A stretch of 64,000 bases of DNA, counting the filler, from Caldilineae bacterium (GTDB lineage: Bacteria; Chloroflexota; Anaerolineae; DTLA01), in NCBI GenBank assembly GCA_037446815.1. It is 6 parts of 6 records of this genome, joined end to end, with 100 filler letters (N's around TTAATTAATTAA, not from the genome) between each part and the next. Parts side by side here need not be neighbours in the genome. Positions count along the whole stretch, not along the records: positions 23,580 to 34,963 come from JBBIHX010000087.1; positions 35,064 to 46,349 come from JBBIHX010000088.1; 4 more parts are not named here. One strand, given 5' to 3'. A model generated the notes under the pieces. That model made no database searches, was not told the DNA's origin, and worked only from the letters and a program-made list of their open reading frames with translations. The position numbers and the translations under genes were made by a program. Numbering within the stretch: the stretch's first letter is position 1; every line of letters begins with the position of its first letter. Of this stretch, positions 33,353 to 42,134 are shown in pieces.

Positions 33353-33883
33353 ATGCGGTGCGTTTCGTGTGGCGGAGAGTTGGTCGGGCAGGAGGCGTGC
33401 GGATTGCAGATTGACCGCTGCCATCTGTGCGGCGGGATTTGGCTGAACCGAGGCGAGTTGGACAGCCTGGTGAGCGCCGAGGATGAGGACGTGCGGTGGA
33501 TGGACCTGGACCTGTGGGCCGAGGCGCAGAAGGTAACGGGGACGGTCTCGGAGCGCGAGTGCCCCTACGGGCACGGGCCCCTGGCCACGCTCACCTACGG
33601 CGACTCGGGCGTTCAGGTGGACGTCTGCCGGACGTGCGGCGGCGTGTGGCTGGATTCGGGCGAGTTTGAGCGCATCGTGGATTACCTGGAAGAGCGGGCG
33701 GAGTCGCTGTCGCTGTCCGGGTACATCCGCGAGTCGTTACAGGAGGCGAAAGAACTCATCGGGGGAGGCGAAGGCCGCGCCGCCGAGTGGAAGGACTTGC
33801 GGGCGGTGCTGCGGATGCTCCGCATGCGCCTGGCGGTGGAGCACCCGGCCATCGCGGCGATCCTGCGGTCGCTGCCGCGCTAG
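33353..33883 (+). CDS. Tandem zinc-ribbon (zf-TFIIB-like) protein
   Basis: Two units of CxxC/H...(I/V)DxCxxCGG(I/V)WLxxGE; GGAGG RBS. Confidence 0.82.
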   Translation: MRCVSCGGELVGQEACGLQIDRCHLCGGIWLNRGELDSLVSAEDEDVRWMDLDLWAEAQKVTGTVSERECPYGHGPLATLTYGDSGVQVDVCRTCGGVWLDSGEFERIVDYLEERAESLSLSGYIRESLQEAKELIGGGEGRAAEWKDLRAVLRMLRMRLAVEHPAIAAILRSLPR

Positions 33884-34225
33884 CGGAAGCCCGCCAAGGA
33901 CGCCAATCCGCGCGAACGGGCACACGGCTCGGTGCGGGAAGAGGACTCGGTGCCAAAACCTGTTGGCAACCGCCACCGTGAGGGCGCGGGCGGAAGCCCT
34001 CACCCCAGCCCTCTCCCAGCGGGCGAGGGAGCGACGCCCTCACCCCCGGCCTTCGGCCTCTACCTCTCCGCGGGCCGAGAGGTGGAACGACGGGGTGAGG
34101 TCTCTCCGAACCTACCCTATTGGCGTGGATTCGGCGGTTGCCCTCCTCCGAGGTTGCGTCGCTTGGTGCGATGCCGCACGAGGAGAATGCGCGCGCAGTT
34201 CAGCCACATGGGATGAGATGGAACC

Positions 34226-34262
34226 AGAAAGAGGTGCGGGGCCCTGAGGGCGAGGGCCCCGC
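34226..34262 (-). terminator. Intrinsic terminator of the candidate sRNA
   Basis: Minus strand GCGGGGCCCT-CGCCCTC-AGGGCCCCGC (10-bp stem) followed by ACCTCTTTCT. Confidence 0.55.
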
Positions 34263-34393
34263 GTTCGTGGGGTGAGGGTGCACCAGAGGGGCATCTGGGC
34301 ATACCGTAGAGGGGCGCCGGGGGCGCGAACCCCGGCACGGCAGGCACCGTTGAAAACGTGCGTTCCAGGGCGTGGAACGTTTGTGCTATTGAC
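34226..34393 (-). ncRNA. Candidate SOS-regulated small RNA
   Basis: Lies between a near-consensus promoter and a terminator; several hairpins with C-rich loops; no credible RBS-led ORF. Confidence 0.5.
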
Positions 34394-34428
34394 ACACCTA
34401 TAATAGCACAAATGTTCGCCGCTGTCAA
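34354..34428 (-). promoter_or_regulatory. Sigma-70 promoter with three LexA-like boxes
   Basis: Minus strand TTGACA (34428-34423)-N17-TATTAT (34405-34400). One-mismatch GAAC-N4-GTTC boxes at 34406-34417, 34375-34386 and 34354-34365. Confidence 0.7.
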
Positions 34429-34468
34429 GAGGTTTTTGTTTAAAACTTCGTGTGTTGGGAGGATTGCG

Positions 34469-34864
34469 GTGGGTAAACAAATCATCGCGACGGACAAAGC
34501 GCCCGCGGCGGCGGGGCCGTACTCGCAGGCGGTGCGGGTGGGCAATCTGGTGTTCACCGCGGGACAGGTGGGGCTGGTGCCCGGCACCAAGGAATTCGCC
34601 GGGCCGGACATCGCCTCGCAGACCCGCCAGGTGCTCAAGAACATCCAGGGCATCCTGGAAGCCGCCGGCTCCGGCATGAAGCATGTGGTCAAGACGACGG
34701 TGTTTCTGCAGGACATCGCCGAGTGGCCCGCCATGAATGCCGTCTACGCGGAGTTCTTCCCGGAGAATCCGCCCGCGCGGTCGGCGGTGCAGGTCGCCGC
34801 GTTGCCCCTGGGCGCGAAAGTAGAGATTGAAGTCGTGGCCGAGGTGCCCGGCGCCACGTCGTAG
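34469..34864 (+). CDS. ridA: RidA/YjgF family deaminase
   Basis: APAAAGPYSQAV, VVKTTVFL and PARSAVQVAALP.GAKVEIE motifs; GTG start after GGAGG. Confidence 0.92.
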   Translation: MGKQIIATDKAPAAAGPYSQAVRVGNLVFTAGQVGLVPGTKEFAGPDIASQTRQVLKNIQGILEAAGSGMKHVVKTTVFLQDIAEWPAMNAVYAEFFPENPPARSAVQVAALPLGAKVEIEVVAEVPGATS

Positions 34865-35077
34865 GGACGAACGCCAACAGCCACACGGGCGAACCTCGCG
34901 CTCGCCCGTGCGGTTCGCCTACCCCTTGCCCGCGCTGAAGGAATACCGTATCGCCGTGGCGGGNNNNNNNNNNNNNNNNNNNNNNNNNNNNNNNNNNNNN
35001 NNNNNNNTTAATTAATTAANNNNNNNNNNNNNNNNNNNNNNNNNNNNNNNNNNNNNNNNNNNNCACCCGTACCGGAT

Positions 35078-35106
35078 TTGACATACGAACGTTTGTTCTA
35101 TATCAT
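35078..35106 (+). promoter_or_regulatory. Promoter with LexA (SOS) box for the imu cassette
   Basis: TTGACA (35078-83)-N17-TATCAT (35101-06); the spacer contains a perfect GAAC-GTTT-GTTC at 35087-35098. Confidence 0.85.
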
Positions 35107-35125
35107 ATCCCTGGGTAGGTGCGCT

Positions 35126-35887
35126 ATGTCCGGGAAGGGCCGCAGCAGGAAACTCCAACACACCGTCAGCGTCCTCCAGAACCGCTTTGGCGTGCGCGCC
35201 ATCGGCAGGATGGCCGCGTCCGACGCCGCGCCTTGCCCCGCTCTCCCCACGGGCTTCCCGGCCCTGGACCGCGCCCTGGGCATCGGTGGATTGCCCAAGG
35301 GGCGCATCACCGAACTCATCGGCGTGGGCACGGCGGGGCAGGCCACCCTGGCCGCCAAGGCCCTCGCCCAGGCGCAACGCCAGGGACAGCACGTTTTGTA
35401 TGTGGATGCGTACCACGACGTGGACCTGGACTTCCTCGCCCGCTGCGGCGTGCGCTTTGATGCCCTCACCGTCCTGCGCCCCTCCACCGTGGCCCAGGCT
35501 CTGGAGATCACCGACGACTTCCTCCGCGAGGGGGGCGCGGTGGCCATCGTCTGGGATCGGATTCCCGCGCTCGGCCCCGAACCGGATTTCCTTGGGCGGC
35601 TGGATGCTGCCCTGCGGGAGTGGAACATGTGGCTCAGCCGCTCGCTGTGCGTTCTCCTGTTCCTCACCGAGGTTACCGCGCCACAGGCCTATCCCAATGG
35701 ATTGTCGCTGCCCTATTTTGCCAGCCTGCGCCTGCTCTTTCAGCGGCGGGAATGGCTTCGCCGCAGGCAGCGGGTAATCGGGTTTGTGTCCGAGGTCTCC
35801 ATCCTCAAGAACCGCTTTGGCCCCTCGGGCCGGCCGACCCTGATCCGAGTGAGGTTCAGCAACGGCATCCATGCGGAAGATGCGTAG
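35126..35887 (+). CDS. imuA: ImuA'/RecA-like protein with inactive P-loop
   Basis: LPTGFPALDRALGIGGLPKGRITELIG; P-loop degenerate to GVGTAGQAT; RecA-like N-terminal motif. Confidence 0.82.
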   Translation: MSGKGRSRKLQHTVSVLQNRFGVRAIGRMAASDAAPCPALPTGFPALDRALGIGGLPKGRITELIGVGTAGQATLAAKALAQAQRQGQHVLYVDAYHDVDLDFLARCGVRFDALTVLRPSTVAQALEITDDFLREGGAVAIVWDRIPALGPEPDFLGRLDAALREWNMWLSRSLCVLLFLTEVTAPQAYPNGLSLPYFASLRLLFQRREWLRRRQRVIGFVSEVSILKNRFGPSGRPTLIRVRFSNGIHAEDA

Positions 35888-37058
35888 GATTGCGTGCGTC
35901 TCCATCGCTCGTTTTGCGGCGGAAGTGGAACGGCTGCGTCTTGCCGGCGGGGAGCGTCCGCTCATCGTGCGGGAGGGCAACCGAGTCCTGTCGGCCTGCG
36001 CGAAGGCTGAGGCGTTGGGCGTGCGGGTCGGGGACTCCGTTCGCCAGGCGCTGGCCCGATGCCCCGATGGGGTTGTGGTGTCGGCAGACCGGGCATGGTA
36101 CGACGAAACCTGGGCGCGGGTGGTAGAGGCGCTGGCGCTGCACTCCCCGCAGGTGGAGTCGGAATCGTGGGGGCTGGCCTACCTGGATGCGCGTGGGATG
36201 GGCGCGCTGTACGGGAGCGAGGCGGCGTGGCGGCAGGCCGTGCAATGGGAGGTGCGGGCGGCGTCCGGGCTGATGGCCAGGGTAGGGGTTGCCGGCTCCA
36301 AGTTTGCGGCGCGGGTGGCTGCCGAGATGGACGGTTCGGGCGGCGGGCTTTCGGTGCCGGAAGGGGGCGATCGCGCCTTTCTCGCGCCGTTGCCCGTGGC
36401 GGAGTTGCCGCTTGCGGATGAAGCCCTGCGGAGGCTTGGCCTTCTGGGCATTCGCACGATGGGCCAATTTGCTCGCTTGCCTGCGACTTCCGTCGCCGAG
36501 CAGTTCGGGCCGGACGCGCTGCTGCCCCACCGCTGGGCCAGGGGCGGAGACGACCGCCCGCTCATCGGGCACCCTCGCCACGCGCTGGAGATCCACCTGG
36601 ATTTTGACGCGCCGGAATCCCAACGCGAGCGCTTGCTTCACATCTTGCTTGCCGCAAGCCAGAAGGCGCAGCGCGAGTTGGCCCGCGGCGGGCTGACGGT
36701 ATGCCGCGTCTCGGTGGAGTTCGGTTTGGACGGGGGCGCGGCGCAAACGCGGTCGGCCTGGCTCGCGGACTCCCCGGGGCCAGGTGGGCTGCGTGGGGCG
36801 CTGGAGGGCCTCCTGAGCGGCGTGGGCGGCGAAGGCGCGGGCGTTACAGCGGTGCACGTGCGGATGACCGGCATTCGCCCCGTGATGGGAAAACAGCAGG
36901 ACCTGTTCGCCCACGCTGATGGGCGCGACCGGCTGGAGGAGACGCTGCGCCGACTTGCCGGCAAGTATGCGCGGGGGTGCGTGTTGCGGGCGCGAGTCGT
37001 CTCGCCCGATGCGCCGCTGCTGCGCGACCGCTATGTCCTGGAGGAGATGGAGCCATGA
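35880..37058 (+). CDS. imuB: ImuB-like inactive Y-family polymerase
   Basis: Y-family fold motifs (GVAGSKFAA, FLAPLPV..L, LGIRTMG.F) without the catalytic acidic residues; clamp-binding-like QQDLF. Confidence 0.82.
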   Translation: MRRIACVSIARFAAEVERLRLAGGERPLIVREGNRVLSACAKAEALGVRVGDSVRQALARCPDGVVVSADRAWYDETWARVVEALALHSPQVESESWGLAYLDARGMGALYGSEAAWRQAVQWEVRAASGLMARVGVAGSKFAARVAAEMDGSGGGLSVPEGGDRAFLAPLPVAELPLADEALRRLGLLGIRTMGQFARLPATSVAEQFGPDALLPHRWARGGDDRPLIGHPRHALEIHLDFDAPESQRERLLHILLAASQKAQRELARGGLTVCRVSVEFGLDGGAAQTRSAWLADSPGPGGLRGALEGLLSGVGGEGAGVTAVHVRMTGIRPVMGKQQDLFAHADGRDRLEETLRRLAGKYARGCVLRARVVSPDAPLLRDRYVLEEMEP

Positions 37059-37306
37059 CTCCCTTCTGGCCCGACGGCAAGGCTGTCCCCGTCCTAGTCG
37101 GAGGCGACGCGCCCATCGCCTTCCGCTGGAATCGGCGCCGGCATCGGGTGGAACACGTGAGCGGCCGCTGGCGAATTCACACCCTCTGGTGGGCCGACGA
37201 GGTTTGGCGGGACTACTGGGAGGTGGTTACGGACACCGGCCTGTTGTGCGTCCTGTTTCACGACCTGTTGGCCGATGGGTGGTTCCTGGAGAGGGTCTAC
37301 GAATGA
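37055..37306 (+). CDS. Stand-alone ImuB-C/YqjX-like (DUF6504-like) protein
   Basis: 83 aa, F.W..RRHRV....RW.I...WW....RDYW.V...G....LF.D....WFL...YE; ATGA overlaps on both sides. Confidence 0.75.
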   Translation: MTPFWPDGKAVPVLVGGDAPIAFRWNRRRHRVEHVSGRWRIHTLWWADEVWRDYWEVVTDTGLLCVLFHDLLADGWFLERVYE

Positions 37307-40300
37307 GCGGGTACGTTGAACTCCACTGCCATTCTTGCTTCTCGCTGCTGGACGGGGCGTCCACGCCCGAGGTCTTGGTGGAGCGCGCCGCCCAACTGGG
37401 CATGCCCGCCCTTGCCCTCACCGATCACGACGGGCTGTACGGCGCAGTGCGGTTCTACGTTGCGGCAAGGGAGCGGGGGATTCATCCCATCTTCGGCGCG
37501 GAGGCGACGCTGGAGGGCGGGAGCCATCTGTTGCTGTTGGCCGAGGACCGGGCGGGGTGGGCCAATCTCTGCGCCCTCCTGAGCAGGGCGCAACTGGAGG
37601 GGAGCAAAGGAGAAGCGCGGCTGAGGCTCTCGTGGCTGCGGGGCCGCACCGACGGGCTGATCGCGTTGACCGGGTGCCGCCATGGGCGGGTGCCCTCGCT
37701 GCTCCTGGCGGGCGAGAAGGACAAGGCGGCAAGGGCGCTTCGGACGCTGAAGACCCTGTTTGGCCCCCGCCGCCTGTACGTGGAACTCCAGCATCATCTC
37801 CACAGAGACGACGATTCCCTGATGGCCGACCTGGCGGAACTGGCGGAGACGTTGCGCCTCCCCATCGTCGCCACGCACAACGTTCACTACGCCACGCGCG
37901 ACGGGCATCGTCTCCACGATGTGCTTACCGCCATCCGCCACAACGTTCCGCTGGACGAGGCGCAGCCGTACCTGCGCGCCAACTCGGAGTATTTCCTCCA
38001 ATCGGTGGATGAGATGGCGCGGCGCTTTGCCGCGTATCCCGGGGCGCTGGAGGCCACCCAGGAGATCGCCCATCGGTGCCGGGTGGAGCCGAACTTTCGC
38101 GGCGATGCCCTTCCCCCGCAGCCGGACCGTTGTGACCCTGACCTGCGCTTGGCCGAACTGTGTCGGGCAGCCCTTCCGGCCCGCTACCCGCGCCACCGCG
38201 ACAAGGCCGCCCAGCAGTTGGAGCACGAGTTACGGGTGATCGCTCAGACGCGGTTGGCGGGATATTTCCTTCTGGTATGGGACATCGTGCGGTTTGCGAA
38301 GGATCGCGGCATCCTCGTCCGCGGGCGTGGTTCTGCAGCCAACTCCATTGTGGCGTACTTGCTGGGCATCACCAACGTGGACCCGCTGGCGCACGATCTG
38401 CTCTTTGAGCGGTTCCTGAGCGCCGAGGCGCGGGTGATGCCCGACATTGACCTGGACTTCTGCGCGCGCCGCCGCGAGGAGGTTATCCAGTACGTGTACG
38501 AGCGGTACGGTGCTTCCCATGTGGGCATGGTGTGCACGTACGTTACCTACCAGGAGCGTTCTGCCGTCCGCGACGTGGGCAAGGCCCTGGGGCTTCCTGC
38601 GGACATCGTTGACCGACTCGCCAGGTCGCGTCGCGGGCATTGGGGGGACGCAGCAACGGCCCCGCCGCCCGAGGGGGTCTTTTCGGGCGTCTGGGAGCAG
38701 TTCCAGGCCCTGTGTCAGCAAATCCGCGGCCTGCCGCGCCACCTGAGCATCCACGTGGGCGGGATGTGCATCACGGCCAAGCCGCTGGATGAGATTGTGC
38801 CCTTGGAGCGCGCCACCATGCCGGGTCGCGTCGTCATCCAGTGGGACAAGGATAGCCTGGAGGACGCGGGCCTGATCAAGTTGGATATCCTGTCGCTGCG
38901 CACGCTGTCAGCCATAGACGAGTGCCTGCGGTTGGTGGAGCGGAACCACGGGGTTCGCCCCGACCTGGACGCCCTGCCCCTGGACGATGCGGCGGTATAC
39001 GAGGCTCTTCAGCGCGCCGATACCATCGGGGCGTTTCAGGTGGAATCCCGCGCTCAGCAGCAGGCGTTGGTGAAGATGAAGCCGCGCTGCTTTCGCGACC
39101 TTGTGGTGGAGGTGGCGATCATTCGCCCGGGGCCGCTTCAGGGGAACATGGTGCATCCCTTTTTCCGCCGCCGCATGGGCCTGGAGCCTGTAACCTACGC
39201 CCACCCCATGCTGAAGCCCATCCTGGAGGAGACCCTGGGGGTCATCGTGTTCCAGGAGCAGGCGATTCGGGTGGCGATGGTTATGGGTGGATTCTCGCCT
39301 GGGGAGGCCGATCTGCTGCGCCGCGCCATGTCGCGCCATCGTTCCGAGGAGGAGATGGCTTCTTTTCGCGAGCGTTTTGTCCGTGGCGCGATGGGTCAGG
39401 GGGTGTCGCGGGACATCGCGGAGAGGGTTTTCGCCCAGATGGCCGGGTTCGCCGCCTACGGTTTCTGCAAGAGCCACGCTGCCGCCTTCGCGAAGACGGC
39501 CTACGACACGTTGTATCTCCGCGCGCACTACCCAGTGGAGTACGCCTGCGCGTTGCTCAACAATCAGCCGATGGGGTTCTACCCGCCGCGGGTGCTCATC
39601 GGCGACGCCAGGCGCCACGGGGTGAAGGTGCTGCCGGTGGATGTGAACCGAAGCGAGGGGAAGTGCGTGGTGGAAGGCGGGGCGGTTCGGCTGGGGCTGG
39701 AGTATGTGAACGGGATGGGGGCGGCCGCCATTGCGCGCGTCATTCAGGCGCGAGAGGAGGGGGAGTTTGCGGGTTTGGCCGATTTCTGCAGGCGGACGCG
39801 GCTTCCCCGGGGCCTGGTGGAGAATCTGATCTTGGCCGGGGGCATGGACGAGTGGAATGCCGATCGGCGCGCCATGTTGTGGGAACTGGGGCGGCTGCGG
39901 TACAGGGAGGAGGAGTTGCCCATGGTCCTGCCTGCGGATGGCGTGATGCTGGCGCCGATGCCGCGGGCGGAGGGCGTATTGGCCGAGTACGGCGCGACAG
40001 GGCTATCGGCCAACGGGCATTTGATGGAGGTGTGTCGGGAGCGGTTGGATGCCGCGGGCGTCCTGACGAGCCGCGACCTGGGGCGTGCGCGGGAGGGCAG
40101 CCGCGTGCGGGTTGCGGGGATGGTGGTCGTGCGCCAGGCCCCGCCGACGGCCAAGGGGTTCGTGTTCCTGACCCTGGAGGATGAGTGGGGGCTCATCAAC
40201 GTTATCGTCCGGCCCGATGTGTTTGCCGCGCATCGGGAGGTGTGGACGGGGAGCCTGGTGCTGGTGGTGGAGGGTACGGTGCAGCGGGCCGCGGGCGCGG

Positions 40301-40338
40301 TGAATGTGGTGGCGGAGGGGGCGAGCGGGGTGGGATAG
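37303..40338 (+). CDS. dnaE2: Error-prone DNA polymerase DnaE2 (ImuC)
   Basis: PHP domain ELHCHS.FSLLDG; GRGSAANS, PDIDLD, PRHLSIHVGG, FQVESRAQ, YGFCKSHA and RQAPPTAKG motifs. Confidence 0.95.
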   Translation: MSGYVELHCHSCFSLLDGASTPEVLVERAAQLGMPALALTDHDGLYGAVRFYVAARERGIHPIFGAEATLEGGSHLLLLAEDRAGWANLCALLSRAQLEGSKGEARLRLSWLRGRTDGLIALTGCRHGRVPSLLLAGEKDKAARALRTLKTLFGPRRLYVELQHHLHRDDDSLMADLAELAETLRLPIVATHNVHYATRDGHRLHDVLTAIRHNVPLDEAQPYLRANSEYFLQSVDEMARRFAAYPGALEATQEIAHRCRVEPNFRGDALPPQPDRCDPDLRLAELCRAALPARYPRHRDKAAQQLEHELRVIAQTRLAGYFLLVWDIVRFAKDRGILVRGRGSAANSIVAYLLGITNVDPLAHDLLFERFLSAEARVMPDIDLDFCARRREEVIQYVYERYGASHVGMVCTYVTYQERSAVRDVGKALGLPADIVDRLARSRRGHWGDAATAPPPEGVFSGVWEQFQALCQQIRGLPRHLSIHVGGMCITAKPLDEIVPLERATMPGRVVIQWDKDSLEDAGLIKLDILSLRTLSAIDECLRLVERNHGVRPDLDALPLDDAAVYEALQRADTIGAFQVESRAQQQALVKMKPRCFRDLVVEVAIIRPGPLQGNMVHPFFRRRMGLEPVTYAHPMLKPILEETLGVIVFQEQAIRVAMVMGGFSPGEADLLRRAMSRHRSEEEMASFRERFVRGAMGQGVSRDIAERVFAQMAGFAAYGFCKSHAAAFAKTAYDTLYLRAHYPVEYACALLNNQPMGFYPPRVLIGDARRHGVKVLPVDVNRSEGKCVVEGGAVRLGLEYVNGMGAAAIARVIQAREEGEFAGLADFCRRTRLPRGLVENLILAGGMDEWNADRRAMLWELGRLRYREEELPMVLPADGVMLAPMPRAEGVLAEYGATGLSANGHLMEVCRERLDAAGVLTSRDLGRAREGSRVRVAGMVVVRQAPPTAKGFVFLTLEDEWGLINVIVRPDVFAAHREVWTGSLVLVVEGTVQRAAGAVNVVAEGASGVG

Positions 40339-40462
40339 CCCAGGGCTGCCTCCGCGCACGCTCGGGGATGAGGTGGTGGGGCGGATGGTATTGCGGCGTG
40401 AAGCGGGGGCGGTCTGTGCATGCCGACAGATGCTCAAACATTTTCGCGAATTTGTCCAAACA

Positions 40463-40493
40463 CGACACCAGATGTCGCGATGTGCTGTATAAT
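40463..40493 (+). promoter_or_regulatory. Putative cas promoter with palindromic operator
   Basis: CGACA-CCAGA-TGTCG (40463-40477) lies over the -35 position, 10 bp upstream of TATAAT (40488-40493). Confidence 0.5.
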
Positions 40494-40645
40494 GGGGGCA
40501 GACGATGGCGGATCGGTGGTGAGGCGGCGCGGCTGCTGCCGAGCGTGCTTTCTGGGGGAAGCGGGCGGGAGGGTAGGAAAGGGGGTGAGCATAGCGACCG
40601 CATGGCTGGAGAGCAGGATGATCAGTCTTCTCTTGAGGAGGTGCG

Positions 40646-42112
40646 ATGCTCAACTATACGGGGCACCCACTGGTAGATGTAGGCATTGCAACCATAGCGG
40701 CATTTGCAGGCAAGGCAGATCCTGCGGCCCTGGCCGAAGAGGACCTTGATGCCATTGCCGAATACATGGAGGAGAACTACACTGTAGACCCTCTGAAGTC
40801 CTTCCTGACCGTTGCATTCCCCAACTCTGGGTTCACGCAGCCTGCCTACGATAGAGAGCCGGAAAAGCGAAAGATTTACGCGCAGCGCGTGCTTCGGGCC
40901 TATCGCGCCGGGACGCAAACACTTGATGCGCGCTGCGTCTTCACGGGAGAGCGCGCCGTGGACGTCTCGCTGGATGTGAAAGGCGAGTTGGCGCGGGGGC
41001 GAACGTTTCGCCAGCACATACCCCTGCTCACCGGCGAGGGCATGAGCAACTACTACCCATACGGCGATGCCGGCCTTCCCATATCTGGCAAGGCATTGTT
41101 GGCCTTGCAGGCGCTTCCGCTAGGGTGTGCGAAGGTCGCTGGCCGGTTGTTGGCCGTGCACTCTGACGATCCCAACTTGACTTTTCAGTTCGCCCGCCGA
41201 TTCTGGGAGCACAATCGCAAGGCCATTCAAACGGCGCGGCAAGTCGGGGACAAGAAGTTGCCTGAGTATCCCCGCCGTCCCGGGACCCTGGTTGTGGAAA
41301 TTCTGCTGAGCCTGGAGCAGGAGCGGCTAGAGGTCGCCCAGGGGACGCCAGCCTCTATCACGGCGTATCATCTCACGAACAGCGGGCAGGGAGCGGCAAT
41401 GGACATCTACCATCTGCCGATGGAGGTTGGCAGTTTCCTCCGCGAAGCGATGGCAGCGACCTATCGGGGGGCGTGGGAGGCCCTGTGCGCCCGCGGCTGG
41501 GAGGTGTCGGCGGCGAAGCAGCGGCGCGCAGGAGCAGAGGCGGAACCCTTCAGCCCGCGGTACAACGTGTTGTACGAAGACCTGTTTAGATTGCCGGAAG
41601 AGTCTGCACACTTCATCCGACGGTACTTCCTGCGCAGGCCAATGAGGGGCAAGAGCGCCGGCGATCCGCGGGCAACGTACTCCCTTATGGGAGAGGCAAG
41701 GCTCGTCTCGTGGAATCTGACCGAATTGTTCTTGAGAAAGGTGGTGAATATGGACAGAGAACGCATTGAGCGCATTCGGAGACTTGGGGATGAACTGGCA
41801 GAGTATGTGAGCGCGGAGAATGATCGTCGTTTCTTCCACGCGTTTCTCACCGCGCAACGCTATGACATCCTGCGGGCTGTTCTAATCCGGACAAGCATTG
41901 CGCGTCTCAAACGCTCCCAGTCGCCCCTGGTCGCATTTGACGACTACATCTCAATCTTTGAGGAGGGAGAGGACTTGCCGTATTCGGACTGGCGGCTGGC
42001 ACGGGACTTGGTGCTCATCCGCATGGTGGAGCAACTGTACAACAAGGGATGGATTCAGAAGCACACCGATGAACTGCCGGAACCTCCCGTTGAAGAGCAG
42101 GAGACGGCGTAA
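40646..42112 (+). CDS. cas8b: Type I-B large subunit (Cas8b1/Cst1-like)
   Basis: First gene of the cas operon; YTGHP.VD.G start, FPNS, CVFTG and PLLTG motifs; GAGGAGG RBS. Confidence 0.8.
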   Translation: MLNYTGHPLVDVGIATIAAFAGKADPAALAEEDLDAIAEYMEENYTVDPLKSFLTVAFPNSGFTQPAYDREPEKRKIYAQRVLRAYRAGTQTLDARCVFTGERAVDVSLDVKGELARGRTFRQHIPLLTGEGMSNYYPYGDAGLPISGKALLALQALPLGCAKVAGRLLAVHSDDPNLTFQFARRFWEHNRKAIQTARQVGDKKLPEYPRRPGTLVVEILLSLEQERLEVAQGTPASITAYHLTNSGQGAAMDIYHLPMEVGSFLREAMAATYRGAWEALCARGWEVSAAKQRRAGAEAEPFSPRYNVLYEDLFRLPEESAHFIRRYFLRRPMRGKSAGDPRATYSLMGEARLVSWNLTELFLRKVVNMDRERIERIRRLGDELAEYVSAENDRRFFHAFLTAQRYDILRAVLIRTSIARLKRSQSPLVAFDDYISIFEEGEDLPYSDWRLARDLVLIRMVEQLYNKGWIQKHTDELPEPPVEEQETA

Positions 42113-42134
42113 AGGAGCGAAAGGAGGAAGTGAG

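Noticed and set aside
34117..34395. Leaderless minus-strand ORF (VSIAQTFH...) from the LexA-boxed promoter
   Set aside because: It runs through the terminator into repeat remnants and does not look protein-like; not formally excluded.
34226..35106. Back-to-back arrangement of two LexA-boxed loci (sRNA candidate and imuA)
   Set aside because: They are separated by a contig linker, so adjacency cannot be assumed.
36919..37302. N-terminal extension of dnaE2 in the ORF track (similar extensions for cooC, cas7, the zinc-ribbon gene and others)
   Set aside because: It overlaps imuB and the small ORF; the downstream start at 37303 matches the PHP domain start and an ATGA overlap.
40339..40645. Possible CRISPR array or mini-array before cas8
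   Set aside because: No repeat-spacer periodicity here or elsewhere in the window; any array lies beyond the contig break.
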